DNA of 64,000 nt. Source: Octopus vulgaris. Lineage: Eukaryota. The stretch lies in contig OX597815.1 of the NCBI GenBank assembly GCA_951406725.2, positions 73,532,001-73,596,000 of the forward strand. The letters are read 5' to 3'. Made by a program: the position numbers and the translations under genes. The notes beneath the pieces were generated by a model, which was given only the letters and a program-made list of their open reading frames with translations, did not search any database and was not told the DNA's origin. Numbering within the stretch: position 1 is the first letter of the stretch; the number at the start of each line of letters is the position of its first letter. Positions 27,894 to 39,417 of this stretch are shown piece after piece.

Positions 27894-29000
27894 TTTGGCA
27901 CCACTCTCCACACACACATAGAGAAGAACTGGAAGAGATATCTTGATGACTGCTTCATCCTTTGGCCCGAAACCGTCGAGAAGCTTAAAGAATTTCACAC
28001 CCTTATAAATGGGCTCAACACAAACATTATTTTCACAATGGAATACAGCCCTCAACAAATTCCCTTCCTCGACATCCTCATTAAAATTCACAACAAAAAA
28101 ATAGAAACAGACATATACTACAAGCCCACAGACTCCAAGCAATACCTCCCTTTCAATTCATGCCACCCTAGACACGTTAAAATTAACATTCCCTACAACC
28201 TAGCCAAGAGAATTTGCACTATAGTCTCCAATAAAAACACCCGTCTCTTACGTCTACAAGAACTTAAGGACACATTAACAAGCAGGGATTACCCCACGTC
28301 ACTAATTGACAATGGGATCCAACGCGCCCTAAAACTCAGCACACAGGAACTTAGACGCCCTAAACCTGTTACATCGAAACCCCATACTCTACCATACATC
28401 TCTACACACAACCCCCTCAACAATGAAGCTTTTGACACCATCCTCCAGAACATTCCTGTATTAAAAAAGGACCATAGAATGAACCAAATCCTCCTAACAC
28501 ACGAAATCATAAAGAGCAAAAGGCAACCCAAATCATTGAAAACCATCCTAACAAATGCCAAAGTACTGCCAACCACAACAACTAAACCCACAGTAAACAA
28601 ATGCAATAGACCCAACTGTGGTATATGCATCAACCTAATAGAAGGTCCAGAATTTCTTTTTAAACAAGGACAACGTTTCACAGTAAAACACAACTTCACA
28701 TACGCATCAGAAAACCTAGTATATGTCTTAACTTGCTCGGGCTGTAATGAACACTACATAGGCCAAACTAAAAATAGCCTCCGCCAACGCATGACTGTCC
28801 ACAGATCCCAAATAAAAATACAGGAATACAGAAAAATAGCACTTAGTTCACATATTGATACCTGTGCCGCACAACTTCATCCCAATTTTAGAATCTTTCC
28901 CCTCTACAAATTTAAAGACAATGCCACTCATACCCAGCGAATAACCATGGAATCCCACCTTATTAATAAATACAGACCACTTCTAAACACATCCCCCTAA
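27894..29000 (+). CDS. 5'-truncated Penelope-like (Neptune-type) ORF: RT C-terminal part, Cys linker and GIY-YIG endonuclease
   Basis: The frame is open from 27894, upstream of the listed ATG at 28038, and reads WKRYLDDCFILW (RT catalytic motif), then PFLDI, TDIYYKPTD..QYL.F.SCHP, the linker CNRPNCGIC, and NLVYVLTC..C..HYIGQT....RQRM..H...E (GIY-YIG). Stop TAA at 29000. Confidence 0.93.
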   Translation, partial: FGTTLHTHIEKNWKRYLDDCFILWPETVEKLKEFHTLINGLNTNIIFTMEYSPQQIPFLDILIKIHNKKIETDIYYKPTDSKQYLPFNSCHPRHVKINIPYNLAKRICTIVSNKNTRLLRLQELKDTLTSRDYPTSLIDNGIQRALKLSTQELRRPKPVTSKPHTLPYISTHNPLNNEAFDTILQNIPVLKKDHRMNQILLTHEIIKSKRQPKSLKTILTNAKVLPTTTTKPTVNKCNRPNCGICINLIEGPEFLFKQGQRFTVKHNFTYASENLVYVLTCSGCNEHYIGQTKNSLRQRMTVHRSQIKIQEYRKIALSSHIDTCAAQLHPNFRIFPLYKFKDNATHTQRITMESHLINKYRPLLNTSP

Positions 29001-29861
29001 CACGAACCCACAACAAACACACTTACACCTGCACACACCCTACACACACTTTTACCCAGATATTAACACCATGACACACGCAAATATATGGTTCCACACA
29101 TACACATAATTTGATACGGGTGCAAAACATCCAACACTACTTTTTGGAAATGACTGTAAATATTGACTTCACACAAACACGTTGCTTCCCGATACAGGCA
29201 CAAGGCCAGCAGAACTATAAATATTGAAAATTGTACCCACACACGCACACATATATACACGCACGCGCGCCCCAACATACTTATAAACACACACACACAC
29301 ACACACACGCGCGCACACATACATACATATAGCTCTTCCTGTCCTAAATGAACTTACTTAACCAGCTCAAATTCAGTCAAGCGGAAAATACACTCCTTAA
29401 CTATGCCCTAAAAAGCTATTTAAAATATCCACATGACGTCTACTGACCAGCCTGAACAATAAGAATTTTCAACAACGCTATTTTCGAAAACTCCATACAC
29501 CACCCACACCAACATTCATTCTAAACATTCACGTGACCTCTATTATGACCACATCCACGTGACCTCTTTATTATGACCAATAAGAAATTTTAGGTGCGAT
29601 ACTAGCCAAATTTTAACATCTCTGGAGCCTATTTTCTTACCCCAACACCAACCTCCATTCAAACATTCACGTGACCCCTTTATAATGACCAATCAAAATT
29701 GTATTGACCATTGTCCACAAGAAATTTTAGGCGCGAAACCAAGCAAATCTTAAAAAACTCTGGAGCCTCTTTTTTCACATATAAGAGACAGCAAACCCAA
29801 CATAAAGTCAGATAAGAGAAAAAAATCTATCAGAAAGGAACTCTATCTCTCTTTAAAAATA

Positions 29862-29901
29862 TCTTTTGATAAGCATAACAAATGCGCAACCGGTAAAAAG
29901 A
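29862..29901 (+). ncRNA. Minimal hammerhead-ribozyme-like motif in the PLE pLTR (variant core)
   Basis: UUGAUAA-GCAU(aacaa)AUGC-GCAA-CCGG-UA: perfect stem II, palindromic ACCGGU stem III, U3-A8 core, A13C substitution, weak stem I; ~75 nt from the element's 3' end. Confidence 0.55.
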
Positions 29902-30080
29902 ACTTTCACCTAATTAAATACACTCTCCCTTACTTAAATTATTTTGTCAGCATTTTCTTCATTTCCTTTTTTTTTTATATATCACAACTTGTGTTCCACA
30001 TCTCCTTTTTTAAATATATATATACACACACACACACACATATATACATACATATACACACACACACATACACACACACA

Positions 30081-30290
30081 CAGTGGTCCAAAAGTAGGTT
30101 TACAGTTATCATGTAGACACTTTAAATTTCTTTTAAAACATTTTATTACATTTAAATTTCAATCTTACAATTAACTAAATTAGTGTAGAATAATGGTTTC
30201 ATATATTTTTATAACTAAGATCTAAACTATTAATATACGAATGTGAAAGAGAAAGTTAGATAACTGTAAACCTACTTTTGGGCCACCCTG
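30081..30290. mobile_element. Tc1/mariner-type MITE
   Basis: ~28-bp TIR cagtggtccaaaagtaggtttacagttatc / gataactgtaaacctacttttgggccaccctg, followed by TA. Confidence 0.85.
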
Positions 30291-31866
30291 TATATATATG
30301 TGTGTATGTGTGTATATGACAGAGTTCTTTCAGTTTCCATCTACTAAAACTTCTCACAAGGCTTTGGTCAGCCCAAGGCTATAGTAAAAGACACTTGCCC
30401 AAGGTGACATGCAGTGGGACTGAATCTGGAACTATGTGGTTATGAAAGAAGCTTCTTACCACACATCCATACCTGTGCCTGTATATGCATCTGTAGCAAT
30501 AACCATTTTAGCCATTTTGAAATGTGGCGCGAATTGGCAATATGATGTAATGTTTTTGCCGAAGAATTATAATTTTCGTTTTTTTCCATTGGTTAATATA
30601 ACTGCTCATATAAAGATTCTAGAAGTTTCGAAAAGAATAATTATCATGAATTTCTATTCTTTTTTAGTCAAGTTGAGCAGTTATAAAAACCCTGGATTTT
30701 GGAAAATATTTCAGTGTTCGTTGGTTGTCACGTAACTGTCACGTAACTCCACGTCACTCACTCTTTTGGAGACATCGGTAATTTTTATGCCATGTCTAAG
30801 TTAATCACAAATCTATTTTGATTTGTTGGTTAATGTATTAGATAGAAAGAAGAAATTAGCTAAGGAATTTATAGTCGTTTTTCTTCACGACAAAGTTATC
30901 TTTTTCACTGTAAATAATATAAAATGCTATATTTATATAATAAAAAATAATTAAAAAGAAAATGTTTCTGTTCACGTTTATTTTTCAACTGAGCATAGAT
31001 AAATATGCATTTCTGTAATCTTTGATTTATGTTTCTTATAGCGGTTTAAAGGACACGATTAAAATATTCAACATACATGTCATTAATATAGCGTTCCATG
31101 CGTATATGTCTATATGAAGTTATAACTGTAGTTAGGGTTTTTAGGTATAATGATAACACTTGAGTATAAGTGACGTTGAATCATTATATTCTCCCTTACT
31201 CAGAGAAAAGACAAATAAAATAATATAACCTAAGAGAAAGCTTAAGGTAATAAAACGAAAACTGCCGTAGGAAAATTGGTGACCCCGACTAAAACAGCCT
31301 ATAGGAAAACCCTATAGAAAAAAACGAAAATGAAAACCGCCGTAGGAAACATCCAATTTTAATTATTTCTTTTTATGGTTTCAGTCATAGGACTGCAGCC
31401 ATGTGGGGTATGGCCTTTGAGAATCTGTAGCAGGTTATATCACCTCCAGGACTTATCTCAGTCTGGTATCATGTGATTGATCTCTATATGTCAAACGGCT
31501 AAGTTATGTGACATGAAGGGACACAACGCCAGCTAACCAGTATAAATATGAAACACAGGTACACAGAATCATCACTACGATTATCATCTTAACATCCGCT
31601 TTTCCATGCTAACCCTCGTCTGATAGAAATTTGTTGATGTCGATTTTTTTACAGGTGGATGCTCTTCTTGTCACTGACCCTCCCCTGTTTACAAGCAAGG
31701 TAATATTTCCCCATCATGAAACATGTTTTCACTAAAGACTGCAAACAAACAATGCTGATTGCATGATGGTGGCACTTGTTTACAACTATCACATGATGCC
31801 AAGACAAGACAAGGAAACAAACACATACATACAAAAGAAACTATAACATAAATAAAACAATATGTA

Positions 31867-31899
<33 letters not shown>

Positions 31900-31991
31900 A
31901 ATACACACACACACACACACATATATATAAATATACACACACATATATATATACATACATACACACACACGCACACGTACATAAATATATA

Positions 31992-33192
31992 CATGGAAAA
32001 ATGCAAGAAATAGAAATAATATTCTTAAGATTATAAATCTGGAAAATTACAGGATAAATTATTACACTTGGAAAAGTTTAGGACAACTTATTACATCTGG
32101 TAAAGTACAGAACAAGAAAATTTTTACTGAAAATATTGCAGCTAAGGATAAAATTTCAAATAGATTTAGAATATTAAATCTTAGATTTAGAAAATATTAG
32201 CTTTTATTAAAACAAAAAAATTTATTACAAGTTATTACTGCTATTTGTTATCACTTGTTGTTGTTTGTTCTTTCTTGGGCCATGCCTGGCTCATAAGGGC
32301 TGGTTTCCTGGTTTCATTGGCATATAGGTTCCCCACCTGGACAGGACGCCAGTCCATTGCAGGTGAGCTGCTAGATGCAGGAAAAAAGAGTGAGAGAAAG
32401 TTGTGGCGAAAGAGTCAGCAGAAGTTTGCCATTACCTTCTGCTGGAGCCATGTGGAGCTTAGGTGTTTCACTCATAAACACGCACATCACCCAGTCTGCG
32501 ATCCGAACCTGCAATCCCTCGACCGCGAGTCCGCTGCTCTAACCACTAGGCCATGTGCTTCCACGTTATTACTTGTTACTTCTATTAAAAATATAAAATA
32601 ACTCAAAATATTTTTTGCACTTTAAAAAAATCATCTTTTAAATTATTAATTGTTAATTAGAAATTTGAAAATAGGTTATAAAAAAATAATAGTAGTACAT
32701 AATTAGTTAGACAATGAATAGAATAATACAAAACTTAGTTATATATTGCAATAAAATCTACCTATAACAACAAATTCACAGTAAAATTTGTTTGAGTTAT
32801 TACCAAGTCTTCACATTTTTAATCATTACCTAATGCCTATTTTTTACATAATGAATTTGCCTACCATATATACTATTCTACTTTGCATAAAACTTTAGCT
32901 ATATTGGTACTTCTCGCCCTCATTTTTTTTTAAGTATTCTAGTGTGTTAATATTTTAACAAATTGATGGTACCTTTTTTAATTATAATGTTACTTTGTAA
33001 ATTAAAATCAAGTAATTTTTAATATTCAAATTTTATCCTTAGCTGCAATATTTTAAGTAACAATTTTCTTGTTCTGTACTTTACCAGATGTAATAAGTTG
33101 TCCTGAACTTTTCCAAGTGTAATAACTTATCCTGTAATTTTCCAGGTTCATGATCTTAAGAATATTATTTCTCTTGCTCACATTTTCCCTTG
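31992..33192. mobile_element. AT-rich MITE with ~160-bp inverted arms and a nested SINE
   Basis: ta|catggaaaaatg ... cattttcccttg|ta; 32005-32157 is inverted at 33029-33175; a SINE is inserted at 32255-32564. Confidence 0.8.
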
Positions 33193-34140
33193 TAATTCAT
33201 GTTTTCTCCAGGATATGCTGTTATGCTATTTAATAATGTGTCAAATAGCAGAGTCATTGATTATTTTTCCTGACCTCAATGATGCCTGTGACAGATATTA
33301 AAAGTCCCCTTATAGAACTATATTCGTAAAAAAAAGTATAGAACTATATTATCACCCTCAAATTTGAGAAACAAACACTCATAACTTTTTCTTTTAAAAC
33401 TTCATTGCATGAGATTGATATCATGAAATTCCTTGAATTAAGCTTTATCATTTAAGCTTGATTAAAATATAGTTTGTTTTTAAAATAAAAAGTTAATTAT
33501 ACTTAAATCCAATTTTTTGCCTTACATATATTTTTTTCATGATATTTTACCACACAACATTTTTGATACAAATTTTTGTTGCATGGAAACAAAACTATGA
33601 AATTCTTCATGCTTTCTTCTATCACTAAAGCTCACTCAGATAAATATATTTTGCTTTTAAAATAAAAAAGTTATTTAGATCTAAACTTGGTGGCGTTACT
33701 CTCCTATAATGTTCCTACAAATTTTGATGTAAACTTTTTTTCTACTGAATCAAATCTCAATTTTTTTGGGCCTGATGAAGCCTTCTGGCTTCACAGACCC
33801 CAGTAGAACCGTCCAACCCATGCTAGCATGGAAAACGGACGCTAAACGATGATGATGATGATGATGATGATGATGAAAATGTAGCTTGGGACTAGTGATC
33901 TTCAAAAATGTTGAGAGTTTACAATTTGGTTAAGAACTGAATTAGCGACAAGCTCTGAAAGGTGCTGCATGTGAGCAAATTGCGGCCTTAAGAATATTAT
34001 CCAACTACTACCGTAGTTGAATGATATATGCTAGTAATGAACAGTAAAAATAAGTCCTCAATACTATATTGGTGGATTAGCAAAGCATGAAACCATTGGC
34101 TGCCTTGTTAATCCAGAAATAAAGTGTGTTAATCCAGAAT

Positions 34141-34154
34141 AAAGTAAAAGGGGG

Positions 34155-34193
<39 letters not shown>

Positions 34194-34205
34194 CCCTTTT
34201 ACTTT
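34141..34205. repeat. Perfect 16-bp inverted repeat enclosing (AT)n
   Basis: aaagtaaaagggggca-(AT)n-tgcccccttttacttt. Confidence 0.9.
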
Positions 34206-35269
34206 TTTCCTTTTTCTTTTTCTCGCCTCCCCTCTCTCTCTTTAAGTCCCACTATTTCCCACTCGTTTATCTCCCCTGTACCTTTCTCTTTGTCTCTGAC
34301 TGTTTTCTAATCCTTCAATCATGCTGCCCCCTACCCATCTCTCCTCATTTCACATGACCAGTGTCCGGCCAGCCATGATCTTTCTTTCTTGGCCTGACTG
34401 CCAACCGACAACACCTCTTATGTCTATTTCCTATGTTCCTGCCTTTAGGCTTTTACTTCATACACACCAGCTCAATTGGATTTGTTCTCAGTTGAAAGAC
34501 ACCTGTTGATTTTTTTCTTGTTGCTTGTATTTGTAATTGTCTACCATGCTTTCTGTTTTTTGTCTTTTTGTGTATCATGTTCTCCATTTTTTGTCTTTGT
34601 TGCTGTAAACATTCGCTAGCTTTCTTATAAAGGGGTCTAATGCTCTTAGCTTAGACTTTTTGGGGGGCAACTAGATCAAACCATCTTAAGCGTGACAGCC
34701 CAAAATGGTCATGACTTCTGGTACTTGACTGAGGAAAGAAGGCCACAAATGACCCGTCTTTTTTTGCCTGTCCTAATTGTTGTTTCTCTGGTCCACTGTT
34801 GTATCATCTATATGTCTGAATGTTTTATTGTCCTCTATTGCGTTTTTGTTCCATTTTTATATATACACATAGGCACAGGAATGGCTTAAGAAGTTTGCTT
34901 CCCAACCACATAGTTCTGGGTTCAGCCCCACTGTGTGCAGCACCTTGGGCAAGTGTTTTCTATTATAGCCTCAGGCTAACTGAAGCCTTGTGAGTGGATT
35001 TAGTAGACAGAAAGTGAAAGGAACCCATTGTATGTGCAAGTGTGTGTTTGTGTGTGTGCCTATGTTTGTTCCCCCATCACTGCTTAACAAACAGTGATTA
35101 TGTCCCTGTAACTTAGTGGTTCAGCAAAGGAGACTGAAAAAATAAGTACTAGGCTTTAAAAAAAAAGAAAAGAAGTCCTACAGTCAACTTGTTTGACTTA
35201 AAAAACCTTTCAAGGTGGTGCTCCAGCATGGCCACAGACAAATGACTGAAACAAGTAAAAGAATAAAAG

Positions 35270-35307
<38 letters not shown>

Positions 35308-35837
35308 CAGAATTGTAAGCCTTCATATATGACTATAGAAAACAGTATAATATTATGGCATATATTTATAACATATATGCATGTGTGTGTGTATGTTATA
35401 TCATCATCATTGTTTAACATCGCTTTCCATGCTAGCATGGGTTGGGCGGTTCGACCGGGGTCTGGGAAGCCAGGAGGCTGCACCAGGCTCCAGTCTGATC
35501 TGGCAGTGTTTCTACAGCTGGATGCCCTTCCTAACGCCAATCATTCCATGAGTGCTTTTTACATGCCACCGGCACAGGGGCCAGTGGAGACTGGCAAACA
35601 GCCACGATCAGTTGGGGCTTTTACATGTCACCGACACGGACGCCAATCAGGCAGCGCTGGCATCAGCCACATTTAGATGATGCTTTCTACGTATCACCAG
35701 CACGGGTATCTTAACTACAATTTCCATTTGATTACCATCTTGATGTTGGTATTGACGTACTTGACTCAATAGGTCTCCTCAAGAACAATGGGTCACTCTA
35801 CAATCCAAGGTTAGCACACCAGGCCGTCCTGTGAGCC

Positions 35838-35879
<42 letters not shown>

Positions 35880-36402
35880 GTATACAGATATGTATATACA
35901 TACATATATATAACTCATACCAGCAAGAGATATGGATGCTAAGTGATGATGATACACGATGAGCTTTCACACAGTTTCTGCTCACCAAATTCCACTCTCA
36001 AGGTATTGGATCATAGTAGAAATATAGTAGAAGACACTTGATTAAGGTGCTATAAGCATGGGATTGAACTTGGAACCATGTGATTGTGAAGTGAACTTCT
36101 TAACCACACCACTGTCTCTGCAGCTTGTTTAAAAAGATAGCATAAAATAAACAGCAAAACACGTTTTCATGTTTGTAATATTCTGAGAATTGCTTCTACC
36201 GAAGATTGAGAAAGTAAAAGTAAAAGAAAAAAAAATCAAAAGTAAATTTAGGGATATTTCCCTTATGTTAAAAGTTAATCCTATTATAAATATCCATACA
36301 GCTGGTGCTTAACTTTTCATTGTATACGCAGCAGCAACAACAACAACCACACAACAATAATGACAGTAGTGGCGGTTGTGGTGAGAATAATGATGATGAT
36401 GA

Positions 36403-36541
36403 GAAGAAGAAGAAGAAGAAGAAGAAGAAGAAGAAGAAGAAGAAGAAGAAGAAGAAGAAGAAGAAGAAGAAGAAGAAGAAGAAGAAGAAGAAGAAGAAGA
36501 AAAAGAAGAAGAAGAAGAAGAAGAAGCAGCAGCAGCAGCAG
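36403..36541. repeat. (GAA)~40 followed by (GCA)n microsatellite
   Basis: Read directly. Long (TA)n/(CA)n tracts also occur at ~12040-12430, 13350-13540, 26863-26909, 42780-42970, 44630-44910, 58910-58990 and 62290-62400. Confidence 0.98.
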
Positions 36542-38364
36542 TAGTGTTGATTTGAATGAAGCTGATGCAGATAGACCCTCCCCAGAGTAGGACATCAATC
36601 TATTCAAAATAAATTTGCCAGAAAATCCTGCTATTTCCTACTCCCACAAATTATTCACTTGACTGTGAGTGAGATGATCAAGAGTTTGAGCAAACAGGTA
36701 GAAAGAAAAAGTTTAATTTCTCAGTGGAAAACAAATAAATATATTCCTTTGTAAAAATACACTGCATCTAATAAACATTTGACTGATGAAATACAGGACT
36801 GGCTGTGTGGTAAGGAGCTTGCTTTCCAACCACATAGTTCTGGGTTCATTCCCACTGCGTTGCACCTTGGACAAGTGCTTTCTACTATAGCCTTAGGCTG
36901 ACCAAAACCTTGAGAGTGGATTTGATACATGGAAACTAAAAGAAGCCCAACATGAGTGTATATATATATGTATATATGTATGTATATCTATGTATGTGTG
37001 GCTTTATGTCTGTGTTTGCCCCACCACCATCACCTGACAATCGGTGTTGGTGTTTTGTGTCCTCATAACTTAGCAGTCTGGCAAAAGAGACCGATAGAAT
37101 AAGTGCCAGGCTTAAAGACATAAGTACTAGGGTTGATTCATTCAGCTAAATATTCGAGGCAGTGCCCCAGCATGACCACAGTCCAATGACTGGAACAAGT
37201 AAAAAATTAGAGATAAAAGATAACAGACTTGCTTTTACAAAGATGATATTTTAAAAGCAGAGCATTAAAAAATATATAGTAAGAAATACAGACACTTGTG
37301 CAATAATGGCTTCAAATTTAAGTACAAAGCCAGCAATTTTGAGGGGAAGAGCAATTAGTCTGTTGACCCCCAATATTTAACTGGTACTTTATTCTATTAA
37401 CCCTGGAGGAAAGAAAGTATTTGAACTGAGAACGTAAAGAGCTGGAACAAACAGAGTGAAGCATTTTCCCCAGAGTCTAATGATTTTGCCAATCCACCAC
37501 CCTAAATAATAATAATAATAATAATAATTATTATTATTATTATTATTATTATTTCTACTATAGGCACAAGGCTTGAAATTTTGGGGAAGAGGGCTGGTCA
37601 ATTACATTAACCCCAAAATGATGAGAGGCAAAGCCAACCTCAGCGGTATATGAACTCTGAATGCAAAGACAAATAAAATGCCACTAAGCATTTTGTCTGG
37701 CATGCTAACAATTCTGCCAGTACGCAGCCATAATAATAATGATTTCAAATTTTGGCACAAGGCCAGCAAATTCAGGTGAGGGGCCTAGTCAATTACATCA
37801 AACTCAGTGCTCAACAAGTGCTTATTTCATTGACCCATAAAATGATGAAAGGCAAAGTCAAGCTCAGTAGAATTTGAACCTTGTATGAAAAGCAGTTTCA
37901 TACTGGCACAGTTTCAAATTTTGGCACAAGGCCAGCAATTTTAGCAGGGGAGACTAGCCTATTACTTCAGCCCCAGTGCTGCTTGACTGGTACTTATTTT
38001 ATTGACCCTGAAAGGATAAAAGGCAGAGTTGACCTCAGAAGGATTGAACTCAGAATGTAAAGCTGGAAGAAATGTCACAAAGCATTTTGTCTGGTGCGCT
38101 AATGATTCTTCTAGCTTGCTGCCTTCAGTCAGCAAGCCTTTTATTTTAAGGTGGTGAGTTGGCAGAATGGTTAGCATGCCAGGCAAAATACATAGTGGTA
38201 TTTCGTCTGCTGCAACATTCTGAGTTCAAATTCCACCAAGATTGACTTTGCCTTTCATCCTTTCGGGATTGATAAATTAAGTACCAGTGAAACACTGGGG
38301 TCAATATAATCAACTAGTCCCCTCCATACAAATATGAGGCCGTGTACCTCCAGTAGAAAGGATT

Positions 38365-39417
38365 ATTACCTCTGCCTTAGAAAAGGTAGAGATATTGTTT
38401 TCAGTCCTGTTTGTTTGTCCGTGGGCAAGATATCTCAAGAACCACAGGATGGATTCAGATGAAACTTTCAGGGATGTTTGGCTCCATGACTGGCACAAAC
38501 TGATTAGATTTTGGGATCAATCCAGCACCGGACAAGGATTCGAGATTATTTGTTATATTTACTTCACTTTACATGTAGTATTATGATCTTACATTGACTT
38601 TTAAGTCTTTCTCTGATTATCTCCCTTGAAAGCACACTCATGGTTTCCATGTAAGTTATGGCGGCATTGCTGTTTCCAAAGTTTTATTTTCATTTCTTTA
38701 TTATTAATTTTACTCGCATCTCTATCTTAGTAGAAACTGGTGGATAAAGAAATCAAACTACTTAAACGGCAGCAAAACTGTTCAGAAATTAAATAACACT
38801 AACATAATCAGTAACAATAATAACTTTGATTTATCCTTGACAATTTTTAGTTTTACCAATTTTGAATATATTGCTCCTGTTTAAAACCTCTTACCTACTT
38901 GACAATTGCATTTCTAGCTCTGCCTTCAAGGAAGCTTTATTTCTTGGACTCACGTTTCTGTGCGCAACAATGTTGTTAAACCTTCGTTAACAGCACCGTA
39001 TGTAGGTTCTTTCCATTTTCTTTCAGGAATGGATAAACTTTTCACTATAGACTTTAATGGTCATAAAGACACTATATCAGTGGATAGACTAAAAAAGGCC
39101 TTCATAGAGAAAACTGTCCCTGTTCCTACTGCAGATGACACACACGCGCAGCATTACAAACATTGCTTGCACAACTACCTTCACATCCCATGACTAACAT
39201 TAAGATCAATGAAGTACTGGACAAGGAGTCTGAATTATTATTCCAGTTTTTTTCACTTAATTTATGAGAGCGATCAAGTTCATTTTTAGTATTCTTGTTT
39301 GTGAGAGCAGTCAAGTTTATTTCAGATATTCTCATTTTAAAAACCATCTCCAGCTAATCAGTGAGAGGACATTGGTGTTGCCATGGCAGAGGTTTGTGCA
39401 CTTTGAGTGCTCTTGTT
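38365..39417 (+). mobile_element. Helentron-associated (HINE/DINE-1-like) element, long form with cargo
   Basis: 5' acctctgcc..aaggtagag sub-TIR/IR, (GTTT)n, 3' ggcagaggt plus gcactttgagtgc hairpin and tcttgtt; homologous to 57675-58048 at both ends. Confidence 0.7.
38940..39120 (+). pseudogene. Gypsy integrase C-terminal fragment
   Basis: THVSVRNNVVKPSLTAPYVGSFHFLSGMDKLFTIDFNGHKDTISVDRLKKAF matches the L..PY.GP(F/Y)...V..DRLK.A module after Gypsy integrases. Confidence 0.8.

Larger units (their letters stand above)
26909..29976 (+). mobile_element. Penelope-like retroelement insertion with inverted pseudo-LTR
   Basis: 26909-27832 is the near-identical reverse complement of ~29045-29976 (3' UTR/pLTR); the ORF lies between the arms; both outer ends abut TA repeats. 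Confidence 0.92.

Noticed and set aside
33771-33800. CTGATGAAG as a possible hammerhead core
   Set aside because: A mutated cctggtgcagcc segment of the RTE 3' tail; no GAAA box or stems.
36305-36607. Poly-K, poly-R and poly-L ORFs
   Set aside because: Three readings of the (GAA)n tract; no splice signals or homology.
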